NCBI GenBank assembly: GCA_963695095.1
Contig: CAVOFT010000001.1
Coordinates: 2,784,001-2,848,000 of the forward strand
Origin: an uncultured bacterium
Lineage (GTDB): Bacteria; Krumholzibacteriota; Krumholzibacteriia; JACNKJ01
Length of the DNA stretch: 64,000 bases
Reading direction: 5' to 3'
The notes below the pieces were generated by a model. That model was not told where the DNA came from, searched no databases, and saw nothing but the letters and a program-made list of their open reading frames with translations. Shown here one piece after another: positions 51,626-60,134 of the stretch. Position 1 is the first letter of the stretch, and each line of letters starts with the position of its first letter. Made by a program: the position numbers and the translations under genes.

Positions 51626-53635
51626 ATGAATACTCAGTTTCCCGCTCGAGCTCGAGAGCGGCAAGCGACCCCGGCCCTCCGCGCGCTCCTCCTCGCCCTC
51701 GCCCTCGGCGCCGCCCTGCCCTGCACCGCCGAGGAGGCGCCGGCCCCCGTCCCCCAGTACATCGCCCTGGATGACAGCACCTATGTGAAGGTCTACGCCC
51801 TCGACGCGATGGTGGTGACCGGCTCGCGCACCGAGCAGCGCCTGGCCGACGTCACCGTGGCCACCGAGCTCATCCAGCGCGAGGACCTGGAGCGCTCGGG
51901 TGCGCCCGATCTGGCCGAGTTTCTCGAGAAGCAGGCCGGCGTCGTGGTCAACCACAGCCTCTTCGGCAGCGGTATCCAGCTGCAGGGCCTGGGCAGCGAG
52001 TACGTGCTCGTGCTCGTCAACGGCGAGCGGGCGCTGGGGCGCAAGGGCGGCGTCATCGACCTCTCGCGCTATGCCACGGACAACATCGAACGCGTCGAGG
52101 TGGTGAAGGGCAACCAGTCGGCGCTCTACGGCGCCGACGCCATCGGGGGCGTCATCAACATCATCACCCGCGCCAGCCGGCAGCCCCTGGAGATGGACCT
52201 GCGCGGGGATTTCGGCGACGGCGGCGCCCGCGACCTCGGCGCCAGCCTGGGCTACCGCGGCAAGCTGTGGACGAGCCGCACGACCGGCAGCTGGGACGAG
52301 GCCGCCGCCTACGATCTGGCGCCGGCGGACCCCGAGACGAGCGTCGACGCCTTCGAGGAGCTGAGCCTGGCCAACCACAGCGAGTGGCGCCTGGCCGAGC
52401 GGCTGCAGCTCAAGGGCGACGCCAGCTACATCTCGCGCGATCAGATAGGCGTGGACGGCGGCACCGTCGCCTCGCCCGCCGTCTTCGACCGCACGGCGAA
52501 GACCGAGATCGTCTCCTTCGCCGCCGGGCCCGACCACCACGGCGCCGACGGCAGTCGCAGCAAGGGCAGCCTGCAGTTCAGCTACTACCTGGACCAGTAT
52601 CTCGCCGACCAGCGCGGCTCCACGGCCCTGGACCAGTACCAGGAAACCCGCCAGCGGCTCCTGCACGCCTCGGCCCAGCACGATCGCCTGCTGCCGGGCC
52701 GCCATCTGCTCTCGGGCGGCGCCGAGGCCTTCCAGGAGTGGATCGAGACGGAGCGACTGGTGGGCGGCGAGGGCGATCGCGAGCGGCTCGGACTCTTCCT
52801 GCAAGATCAATGGGAGCAGGGGCCCCAGGGCCGCCTGAAGCTGATCGGCGGCCTGCGCCTGGACAGCGACTCCCAGTTCGGCAGCCATCTGACGCCCAAG
52901 CTCAGCTTGCGCCGGGACATCGGGGAGACGCTCATCCTCCGCGCCGGGCTGGGCTCGGGCTACCGAGCGCCGGACTTCAAGGAGCTGTACATCTACTTCG
53001 CCCACCCGGCCGTGGGCTACGTGGTCTACGGCAACCCGGAGCTGCAGCCGGAGATCTCGCGCAGCGCGAACCTGGGCCTGGAGTGGCGCAGCCGCCAGGG
53101 CTTCTGGTTCTCGGTGAACGCCTTCCACCACGACTTCGAGAACCTGATCCAGGGCCTCATCACGGACGAGATGGTGGGCGGTCTCAGCAAGGCCATCTAC
53201 GTGAACGTCGCGTCGGCGACGATCCAGGGCATCGAGGCCAGCCTGCGCCTGAGGCCGCTGCCGGCCCTCGACTGCGAGCTGGGCTACGCCTTCCTCGACA
53301 GTCGCGACGAGGAGACGGGCGGCATCCTGGACGGCCGGCCGCGTCACCGCGGCACGCTCAACCTGGACTATCGCTTCGTGCGGCTCGCAGCCAACCTCTC
53401 TCTGCGCGCCTCGCTGGTCGGCGAGCGCAGCTTCACGCAGGAGACCAGCGGCCTGGCCTCCACGACGGCCGATCCCTATGCCCTGATCGACCTGCGCGCC
53501 AGCAAGGAAGTGGGCGCCCACCTGGGCCTGTCCCTGGGCGTCAAGAACATCCTCGACGCCGGCGACCACGACTACCTGCGCGTGGCGCCGCGCCGCGTCG
53601 TCGCCGGCTTCAATCTCCGCCACGGCAAGAACTAG
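51626..53635 (+). CDS. TonB-dependent outer membrane receptor (HmuR-like)
   Basis: MVVTGSRTE, LVLVNG, IERVEVVKG..SALYGADAIGGVINIIT plug; YRAPDFKELY, GNPELQPE. Confidence 0.93.
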   Translation: MNTQFPARARERQATPALRALLLALALGAALPCTAEEAPAPVPQYIALDDSTYVKVYALDAMVVTGSRTEQRLADVTVATELIQREDLERSGAPDLAEFLEKQAGVVVNHSLFGSGIQLQGLGSEYVLVLVNGERALGRKGGVIDLSRYATDNIERVEVVKGNQSALYGADAIGGVINIITRASRQPLEMDLRGDFGDGGARDLGASLGYRGKLWTSRTTGSWDEAAAYDLAPADPETSVDAFEELSLANHSEWRLAERLQLKGDASYISRDQIGVDGGTVASPAVFDRTAKTEIVSFAAGPDHHGADGSRSKGSLQFSYYLDQYLADQRGSTALDQYQETRQRLLHASAQHDRLLPGRHLLSGGAEAFQEWIETERLVGGEGDRERLGLFLQDQWEQGPQGRLKLIGGLRLDSDSQFGSHLTPKLSLRRDIGETLILRAGLGSGYRAPDFKELYIYFAHPAVGYVVYGNPELQPEISRSANLGLEWRSRQGFWFSVNAFHHDFENLIQGLITDEMVGGLSKAIYVNVASATIQGIEASLRLRPLPALDCELGYAFLDSRDEETGGILDGRPRHRGTLNLDYRFVRLAANLSLRASLVGERSFTQETSGLASTTADPYALIDLRASKEVGAHLGLSLGVKNILDAGDHDYLRVAPRRVVAGFNLRHGKN

Positions 53636-53665
53636 GCCCACCCCTCACCCCGAAAGGAACCACCG

Positions 53666-54763
53666 ATGCACAAGCTTCGCCTCCTGCCCATGCTGCTGGC
53701 CCTCGCCCTGGCGGTCGGCGCCTGCAGCGACGACGATCTCAGCCCCACCGGCAACGATGAAGAAACCGCCACGGTCGAGACCACCGACAACGGCGATGGC
53801 AGCTTCACCACGGTCGTCGACGCCGGCTACCTGGGCGCCACGGATTGGGTCTACGTCAGCCTCGAGGACGGCTCCGAGGTGACGCCCGCCGGTCGCGCCG
53901 CCGGCGCTTGGGACCTGGCTTTCCAGTTCGCCAACATCATCGTCAACGGCGGCGCCAACGGCACGGGCGGCGTGGCCGTCCACGCCTACGACGACGGGGG
54001 CTTCGCGGCCCTCACCGCTGCACCGAATACCGTCTATGTCACGGACACCGGCATGGACGATGCCGGCCAGTGCTTCACGACGGGCACCGGCTGGTACAAC
54101 TACAACCCGATCAGCCACGCCTTCTCGATTCGCGCGGATCGCTACTATGCCATTCGCCTCAGCGACGGCAGCTACGTGAAGCTGCGCATGAGCGACTTCG
54201 TCGACGGCGCGGGCACCCCGGGCTTCCCCACCTTCGTCTGGGCGCCCATCGCGGGCGACTTCGCGGTATCGACCGCCGCCGCCGGCGCGGCCCGCGAGTC
54301 CGCCATCGAGGCGCCGCCCATGGGCAGCAGCGACTGGGTCTACTTCTCCTTGGCCACCGGACTCGAAGCGACGCCGGCGAATCCGGCCGACGCGGACGAC
54401 TACGATCTCGCCTTCAACTTCGCGAACATCGCACTGAACGGCGGCGCCAACGGCACCGGCGGCGTGAGCCTGCGCGCCTTCGACGACGGCGCCTACGACG
54501 CGCTGGCCGCCGCCCCGGCCGGCGGCTACAGCAGCGACACCGGCACCGGCGACAGCGAGCTGGTCTTCAACACGGGCAGCGGCTGGTATACCTACGACTC
54601 CATGACCCACGCGCTGAGCGTGAACTCCGATCGCTACTATGTGATCGCCGCCGCCGACGGCAGCTATTACAAGCTGCGCGTGACGGCCTTCGACTTCGAG
54701 CCGGGTGTCGCCGCCTACCTGGGCTGTGACTGGGAGCCCATCGCGCCCCCCGTTCTGCCCTGA
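53666..54763 (+). CDS. HmuY family lipoprotein with two tandem HmuY domains
   Basis: VGAC lipobox; two copies of WVY.SL..G / (W/Y)DLAF / NGG / GWY.Y....H / YY.I...DGSY.KLR. Confidence 0.85.
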   Translation: MHKLRLLPMLLALALAVGACSDDDLSPTGNDEETATVETTDNGDGSFTTVVDAGYLGATDWVYVSLEDGSEVTPAGRAAGAWDLAFQFANIIVNGGANGTGGVAVHAYDDGGFAALTAAPNTVYVTDTGMDDAGQCFTTGTGWYNYNPISHAFSIRADRYYAIRLSDGSYVKLRMSDFVDGAGTPGFPTFVWAPIAGDFAVSTAAAGAARESAIEAPPMGSSDWVYFSLATGLEATPANPADADDYDLAFNFANIALNGGANGTGGVSLRAFDDGAYDALAAAPAGGYSSDTGTGDSELVFNTGSGWYTYDSMTHALSVNSDRYYVIAAADGSYYKLRVTAFDFEPGVAAYLGCDWEPIAPPVLP

Positions 54764-54796
54764 GTGGGGACCGCCATCCCGCTCGCTGCCGCCTGA

Positions 54797-54821
54797 GGGG
54801 CCCCGCATCCGGGGCCCTTTT
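54797..54821 (+). terminator. Intrinsic terminator
   Basis: GGGCCCC/GGGGCCC stem followed by TTTT. Confidence 0.7.
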
Positions 54822-55398
54822 AGTTGCCCCGGGACTCGGATGCCAGCGCGGCCAGCAGCGCGCGCAGCGCGGGCATCAGGCGCCGCCCGGCTCCGGCGAC
54901 CCCATAGCGAACCGCCGGCGGATGCTCGACCCCGACTTGCCGGCTGATGAGCCGGGCGCTTGCGAGGGCTCTGAGCGCCAGGGCGAGGGCCCGCGGACTC
55001 GCGCCTGGCAGGCGGCCGGCCAGCTCGGCGTAGCGCAGCTCGCCGTCGTCCAGGACGGCGAGGATGGGCAGTGTCCACTTGCGGGCGATCAGCTCGCGGG
55101 CGGCCGGGGGCGTGGCGGCCACCAGCGCGGCGGCGGCGCCCGCCAGACCGCTCCGCCGGGGGCCAAGCTGGTATTCGGGGCGGAGCGGATGGCCGTGGCC
55201 GGCAACGGCCGCCACGTGGCCGGCGGCCAGTAGCGCGTCCAGGCTCTCGCGCAGGGGGCGCGCGCTGACGCCCAGGGCCTGCTGCAGCTCGACGAAGCGC
55301 GCGCCGTCGCGACCGGCCAGGGCGGCCAGCAGGTCCAGCGCCCAGCGGCGGTGGCTGAGCGCGAGCAGGCCGGCAATGGCGACAGGCGATGTGGGCAT
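54820..55398 (-). CDS. HxlR family regulator with two tandem winged-helix domains
   Basis: RRWALDLL...RFVELQQAL.VSARPL and RKWTLPIL...RYAELAGRLPGASPRAL...PPAVRY. Confidence 0.82.
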   Translation of the reverse strand: MPTSPVAIAGLLALSHRRWALDLLAALAGRDGARFVELQQALGVSARPLRESLDALLAAGHVAAVAGHGHPLRPEYQLGPRRSGLAGAAAALVAATPPAARELIARKWTLPILAVLDDGELRYAELAGRLPGASPRALALALRALASARLISRQVGVEHPPAVRYGVAGAGRRLMPALRALLAALASESRGN

Positions 55399-55408
55399 GG
55401 CTCGGCAC

Positions 55409-55436
55409 TTGACCTTGTTTTTATAGCTGCTATACT
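55409..55436 (+). promoter_or_regulatory. Promoter of the VOC gene with overlapping palindromic operator
   Basis: TTGACC, 16 nt, TG-n-TATACT; TATAGC-T-GCTATA at 55422-55434. Confidence 0.7.
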
Positions 55437-55490
55437 AATCATACACACGCGCCGCTGGATCGGCCAGCGGAAACCCCTCAAGGAGCAATC

Positions 55491-55871
55491 ATGAGCACCG
55501 CCATCCACTACAAGGGCGACGTCACCCTGTCCTTCGGCGTGAGCGACCTGGATGCTGCCATCCGCTGGTACCAGGAGCGCCTGGGCTTCACCCTCCTCTA
55601 CCGCCTGGATGACATGGCTTGGTGCGAGCTCCAGGGGCCCGGCGCCGCGATCAGCGTCGGTCTCGGCCAGCGCGAGCAGGTGGCCCAGGGCGGCGGCTGC
55701 GTGCCGGTCTGGGGCGTCAAGGACATCGCCGCCGCGCGCGCAACCCTCGAGGCGGCGGGTGTGCGCTTCGACGGCCCGACCCGGGAGATCCCGGGGATGG
55801 TCATGCTGGCCACCTTTTACGACCCCGACGGCAACGCCATGATGTTCGTCCAGAGCCTCGGCGCTTCCTAG
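55491..55871 (+). CDS. VOC/glyoxalase family protein
   Basis: AAGGAG RBS; VSDLDAAIRWYQERLG, VKDIAAARATLEAAGVRF, FYDPDGN. Confidence 0.92.
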   Translation: MSTAIHYKGDVTLSFGVSDLDAAIRWYQERLGFTLLYRLDDMAWCELQGPGAAISVGLGQREQVAQGGGCVPVWGVKDIAAARATLEAAGVRFDGPTREIPGMVMLATFYDPDGNAMMFVQSLGAS

Positions 55872-55884
55872 GCCCACAAGAACA

Positions 55885-55912
55885 GCGCCCTCGCTCACGA
55901 GAGCGAGGGCGC
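55885..55912. terminator. 12-bp perfect hairpin between convergent genes
   Basis: GCGCCCTCGCTC-ACGA-GAGCGAGGGCGC. Confidence 0.7.
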
Positions 55913-55940
55913 CGGCCTCTCCACTACCCAGGCGCCGGGC

Positions 55941-57140
55941 TCAGCGGCGCGAGGGTCGGGCTTCGGACTTCGCGGCGGGTTTGGACTCGGACTTGGAGTT
56001 CTCCCGCTGCTTGCGCGAGGGCCGCTCTTCCGGCTTCGCCGCCGGCTTGGACTCACCGCTCGGCTTGCGCTCCTCCGCGCGGGGCGGCGCGGGCGCCGCC
56101 TCGGGCCGGTTCGCCGGCTTGTCTTCGCGCACGGCCGGGCGATCGTCGCGCTGCGGCCGGTCGTCGTTGCGAGCAGGTCGATCCTCGCGCTGCGGTCTGT
56201 CCTCACTGCGGGTGGGCCGATCGTCGACCCGGGTCGAGCGCTGGTCGGGGCGATCCGGAAGATAAAGATCGCGGCCCGGCTTCGGTGCACGGCGCACGTC
56301 GCGCACGGCAACCGGCGGCCGCCCGGGCTTGTCCCGCTTCCAGTCGCCGGGCTTGACGTCGTGGTAGACGTTCTTCCAGCGCAGCTGCGGCCCGTTGTGG
56401 CGATCGCGATACCAGTAGTCGTACTGGGGCCGATGGCCCCAGTGCCAGTAGTTGCGATGGCACCAGTGGTGATCCCAGCGCCAGTCCACCCAGAGGTTCA
56501 CGCTGACGTAGGGATCCCAGAAAGGGTCCCAGTAGCGGTCGGGGTACCATTCGTAGATCAAGTAGCGCGGGTAGGGCACCTCGGCGCGGACATAGAACCA
56601 GGCCACGTCGCTGGCATAGCCTTCGGGCCCGCGGTCGTTGCCGTCCCAGGCGAGCCGTTCGTTGACATCCCAGATCGCCTGCGACGGATCGCCGCTGATG
56701 CGACCGCCCACGCTCGCCGAGCGATACCAGTACTCGCTGCTGGACTCGAGCGTGTTGAGACGCAGCGGATAGGGCGAGGCCACGGCCACCACGTACTCGA
56801 TGCCCTTGGGTCCGTCGACGATGAGATCGTAGTTTTCGCGCGGGCCGGGAATGCTGTAGATGCGCCCGGCTTCGACCCACTGCGGATCGCCGTAGCGCGG
56901 GTAGAGCAGGCCCAGATAGCCGTCGCTGTCCACATTGTAGATGGCGACGTAGCTGTCCGCCTCGGTGCGGAAGCGGATGGTCAGCGCTTGGCCATAGTCA
57001 TAGACGCTGCCATCGGCCCGATCCAGCCAGACGTCGACATCCACGGGGCCGACGGCAGGCTGCTCGTGCGGCGTCACCGTGGCGGCAGTTGCCAGCGCCG
57101 GCATGAGGATCGCCGCGAGAATGGCAATGCTGGTTTTCAT
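55941..57140 (-). CDS. Secreted DUF4384 domain protein with W/Y/H-rich segment and low-complexity tail
   Basis: Signal peptide; VWLDR....Y..G..L.IRF....SYVAIYNVDSDG...LLYP...GIEYVVAVAS; (D/E)DRP repeats. Confidence 0.78.
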   Translation of the reverse strand: MKTSIAILAAILMPALATAATVTPHEQPAVGPVDVDVWLDRADGSVYDYGQALTIRFRTEADSYVAIYNVDSDGYLGLLYPRYGDPQWVEAGRIYSIPGPRENYDLIVDGPKGIEYVVAVASPYPLRLNTLESSSEYWYRSASVGGRISGDPSQAIWDVNERLAWDGNDRGPEGYASDVAWFYVRAEVPYPRYLIYEWYPDRYWDPFWDPYVSVNLWVDWRWDHHWCHRNYWHWGHRPQYDYWYRDRHNGPQLRWKNVYHDVKPGDWKRDKPGRPPVAVRDVRRAPKPGRDLYLPDRPDQRSTRVDDRPTRSEDRPQREDRPARNDDRPQRDDRPAVREDKPANRPEAAPAPPRAEERKPSGESKPAAKPEERPSRKQRENSKSESKPAAKSEARPSRR

Positions 57141-57154
57141 GTCTCCCTCCTTGC

Positions 57155-58060
57155 CTAGCGGCCGCCGGCCGCGGGACGCGTCCGGCTGCTGCGCTGCATG
57201 ATGCGGTCGGCCGCGACGGCCCGGGGCGCCTTGCCCGGGGCCGCGGCGCCGGCGTCGCCGATCACCGTGAGTTCAGGATTGCCTTCATCCACCTGGAAGG
57301 CCCAGTCGAGGACGACGAAGTCCTGGCCGAGCTCCCGCACGCGGAATTTCGCGAAGTGGTTTTCCCAGGTCCAGACCAGGTAGGCGTGACCCGGGTAGAG
57401 CCGCACCACGTCCGCTTCATCGAGCGTCCAGCCGCCTTCGGGCGCCCAGTCGATCTCATCGAGAGACTCCACCCAGCCGGCGCTCTGCAGGTCGGTGCCG
57501 TAGACCTGGTTGCCCACCAGCACGTCGGTGCTCTGCATCGCGTAGCGATCGCCGTCCCAGAACAGGTACATGTCCGCGTAGGGGTCGTCCCAGGGAATCA
57601 CCATGTGCTGATAGAAGCCCGAGAAATCCACGCCGGCCCGCGCGTCCTCGTCGTAGACGGTGATGCGGCCGGCCGGGCGGGGCGTGTCGTGCACGGTCTC
57701 GTAGCTGAGATCGCTCTCGCGGCCGTGCCAGTCGCGAGCCGCCACGGCGTAGAAGTAGGTGATGCCGTTGCTGACCTGCGTGTCGCGGTAGAACTCGTCC
57801 ACGCTGTAGCCGCGGACGGCATAGGGGCCCCCGGCGCTCAGGCTGCGGTAGATGGTGTAGGTCTCCAGGTCGACGTCCTGGACGGGGTTCCAGTACAGCT
57901 CCACGCTGCCGTCCCCGGTCACCGAGAAGACGCCGGAGGGAGCGGGCAGCCGCGGCTCGTCCCACCAGGAGCGCGAGCTGCGGCAGGCACCCAGGCCTAG
58001 CCCAAGTCCAAGAATGAGCGCCGGCAGCAGCAGGCTTCGGATGAGCAGCGCTGTCTTCAT
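57155..58060 (-). CDS. Lipoprotein with fibronectin type III domain
   Basis: LGAC lipobox; TGDGSVELYWNP, YTIYRS, NGITYFYAVAARD. Confidence 0.78.
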   Translation of the reverse strand: MKTALLIRSLLLPALILGLGLGLGACRSSRSWWDEPRLPAPSGVFSVTGDGSVELYWNPVQDVDLETYTIYRSLSAGGPYAVRGYSVDEFYRDTQVSNGITYFYAVAARDWHGRESDLSYETVHDTPRPAGRITVYDEDARAGVDFSGFYQHMVIPWDDPYADMYLFWDGDRYAMQSTDVLVGNQVYGTDLQSAGWVESLDEIDWAPEGGWTLDEADVVRLYPGHAYLVWTWENHFAKFRVRELGQDFVVLDWAFQVDEGNPELTVIGDAGAAAPGKAPRAVAADRIMQRSSRTRPAAGGR

Positions 58061-58100
58061 GTCTGTGACCTCCTGATCCCGGAAACGTGTCATCAGCCGG

Positions 58101-58616
58101 CTAACGGCGACCCTGCGGCTTGCGCTTGGCCTTCTCGTCGTCGCTCTGGTCGCTCTGCTTGCGAATGTCCTTGATCATCTCCCGCAGGCGGGCGTTGAAG
58201 CGCTTCTCGAACAGCTCGAAGCGCGCCTGCTGCTCCAGGTTGAGCAGGGGAAAGGCCCGGCGCCGGAAGTTGTTCTCGTCGACCTGCAGCCTTTCGTCGA
58301 GCCTGCGCAGATCCTCCATGACGCTGCGGATCTGGTCGGCATTGCGGCTCGAGTCCTTGACGAGCAGCTCCAGCGTCGCCTCCAGGCTCTTGCGCTCCTG
58401 GCGGTGGCGGCTGCGCGCGCGATCGTAGTCGTCGTAGAGCGGCACGAATTCCCGTGCCGTCTGCTGATCGAGACCCAGTTCCCGCACCAGCTCCCAGGCC
58501 TTGACGTTGCGGATCTGTTCGCGCAACTCCTCCCGCTCCCGCTCCTGCAGCGCAGAGGACGGGCTGACCGCCAGCACCAGCATCAAGCTGCCAAGGATGA
58601 TTGCCTGCCTGCGCAT
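58101..58616 (-). CDS. Periplasmic helical Spy/CpxP-like protein
   Basis: Signal peptide; ELGLDQQ...; LNLEQQARF (LTxxQ-like). Confidence 0.65.
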   Translation of the reverse strand: MRRQAIILGSLMLVLAVSPSSALQEREREELREQIRNVKAWELVRELGLDQQTAREFVPLYDDYDRARSRHRQERKSLEATLELLVKDSSRNADQIRSVMEDLRRLDERLQVDENNFRRRAFPLLNLEQQARFELFEKRFNARLREMIKDIRKQSDQSDDEKAKRKPQGRR

Positions 58617-58642
58617 CGCCTTTCCTCCGGTTTCGTGCCTGC

Positions 58643-59233
58643 TCAACCGCGGAGGCCGTCCAGGCGTTCGGCCAGTTCCGCCAGTTCCGCCACGCTCAGC
58701 TGTTCGAGAAGCAGATCGGGATCCTCTTCCATCGCCAGGACCTGTCCCTCGTCGATCAGTGCTTCGAGCTGGCCCGCGTTCGCCGCCAGCTCGGCGCTCA
58801 AGTCCTGAAGAGCCGGCTGCTCGGCTGCCAGGCGCGGGCTCTGTCCGCCTGCGGGGTCGGGCCGCCGCTCACCCCAGAAGGCCAGGGCGAGGAGCAGCAG
58901 CCCCGCGGCCGCCAGGCCGCCCCAGGCCAGGCGCGGCAGCAGGGGCGAGCGGCGAGGGGCGTCCTCGGGCTGACCCGCCAGGCCCCGCAGCACCTGCGCG
59001 CGCAGCGAGGGCCAGTACTCCGCCGGCGGCGCCGGCGGCTGGTAATCCGCCAGCCGCGCCAGCGTGCGGCGCAGGGCCGCCAGCTCGCTGGCGCAGCCGG
59101 GGCAATGCTGCAGATGGGCGGCCAGCGCCGCCTGGCTGGCCGCGTCCTCCCCGCCCGACCGCTCGGCGTCCAGGGCGCCGAGGAGGCGATCCCGCCAGGG
59201 GCGGCAGGCTTCAGTCGTCGAGCGCGTCTTCAT
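58643..59233 (-). CDS. Zinc-binding anti-sigma factor (zf-HC2) with one TM
   Basis: HLQHCPGC (HxxxCxxC), downstream hydrophobic helix, overlaps the sigma gene. Confidence 0.85.
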   Translation of the reverse strand: MKTRSTTEACRPWRDRLLGALDAERSGGEDAASQAALAAHLQHCPGCASELAALRRTLARLADYQPPAPPAEYWPSLRAQVLRGLAGQPEDAPRRSPLLPRLAWGGLAAAGLLLLALAFWGERRPDPAGGQSPRLAAEQPALQDLSAELAANAGQLEALIDEGQVLAMEEDPDLLLEQLSVAELAELAERLDGLRG

Positions 59234-59780
59234 GACTGAGCTCCCGTTTCAGCTTCTGCAGGGCCTGGAAGTAGTTGGCCCGCACGCCGCCCTCGCTGCG
59301 TTCCAGCGCGGCGGCGATCTCCCCGTAGTCCAGTCCCTCGCGGTGCCGGAGCAGAAAGACCGCCCGTTGCTTGGGCGGCAGCGCCGCCACCGCCCGCTCG
59401 ATGCGCGCGGCCAGATCCTTGCGCGCCAGTTCCCGCTCCGGGCGTCCCCGTCCCGAGCGCAGGCGTCTGACCACGTCGCCCAGGGCCACCAGCGGATGCC
59501 GCCGCGCGCTGCGCAGCTGGCTCAGGCAGAGGTTGATGGCGATGCGGTGCAGCCAGGTGCCGAAGCTCGATCGGAATTCGAAGGTCGGCAGGGCACGGAA
59601 GGCCCGGATGAAGGTCTCCTGCGTCACGTCGGCCGCTGCCTCGGGATCCCCCAGCATGCCCAGGACGAGGCGATGGATCCTCTGTTCGTGTCGCGCCATG
59701 AGTCCATCGAAGGTCCATCGCTCACCTGCCAGGAATCGCCGAACGAGCTCGCGGTCATCCACGCCATCGAATCGGCTCAC
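59211..59780 (-). CDS. ECF RNA polymerase sigma factor
   Basis: AADVTQETFIRAF, SSFGTWLHRIAIN, LPPKQRAVFLLR, YGEIA. Confidence 0.93.
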   Translation of the reverse strand: MSRFDGVDDRELVRRFLAGERWTFDGLMARHEQRIHRLVLGMLGDPEAAADVTQETFIRAFRALPTFEFRSSFGTWLHRIAINLCLSQLRSARRHPLVALGDVVRRLRSGRGRPERELARKDLAARIERAVAALPPKQRAVFLLRHREGLDYGEIAAALERSEGGVRANYFQALQKLKRELSHEDALDD

Positions 59781-59800
59781 CGTGTGTCTCCGGATGCTTG

Positions 59801-59825
59801 GACGCCGACAGGGCGCTTGCGTTTA
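59801..59825 (-). promoter_or_regulatory. ECF-type (probably autoregulatory) promoter
   Basis: Minus strand TAAAC, 16 nt, CGTC, about 20 nt before the sigma start. Confidence 0.65.
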
Positions 59826-59836
59826 AGGGCATTCCC

Positions 59837-59855
59837 GCGTAACCGCCGCGTAACG
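59837..59855 (+). promoter_or_regulatory. Direct-repeat operator GCGTAAC-N4-GCGTAAC (copy 2)
   Basis: GCGTAACCGCCGCGTAACG; 11-bp period. Confidence 0.6.
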
Positions 59856-59924
59856 ACCGGGTGCGATGCTCCCTTCCGGACAGTCGGCCGGAGGCCGGCG
59901 CAAGCACTGGGAAAGGAGACCGGC

Positions 59925-60134
59925 ATGTCCACCTTCGTGGTCAGCTTCGTCGGCGATCCACCGCGCAGCTTCCGCGGCCGCGTCCGGCATGTAGCCTCGG
60001 GCGAGGAAGCCGTCTTCACCTCCGTCACCGATCTGCTCCTTTTTTTCGAGGAGATGGCGGCCCTGCCGGGGCCCCAGCGCGTGGAAGCGGCGCCGGAGCG
60101 GCCGGAGAGCTCGGAGGGGGCTCCGGACGACTGA
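59925..60134 (+). CDS. Small hypothetical protein (69 aa), MSTFVVSFVGDPPRSFRGRVRHVASGEEAVF...
   Basis: AAAGGAG RBS; ordered beta-beta-beta-alpha-like pattern; 3' part of ORF 59064..60134. Confidence 0.7.
   Translation: MSTFVVSFVGDPPRSFRGRVRHVASGEEAVFTSVTDLLLFFEEMAALPGPQRVEAAPERPESSEGAPDD

Noticed and set aside
51598..51645. Possible DtxR or Fur box upstream of the TonB receptor (TAGG-N8-CCTA)
   Set aside because: Spacing is one base off the DtxR consensus and the Fur match is poor; not supportable by eye.
56110..56230. CRISPR-like repeats
   Set aside because: Short degenerate coding repeats (DDRP) with no constant repeat-spacer structure and no cas genes.
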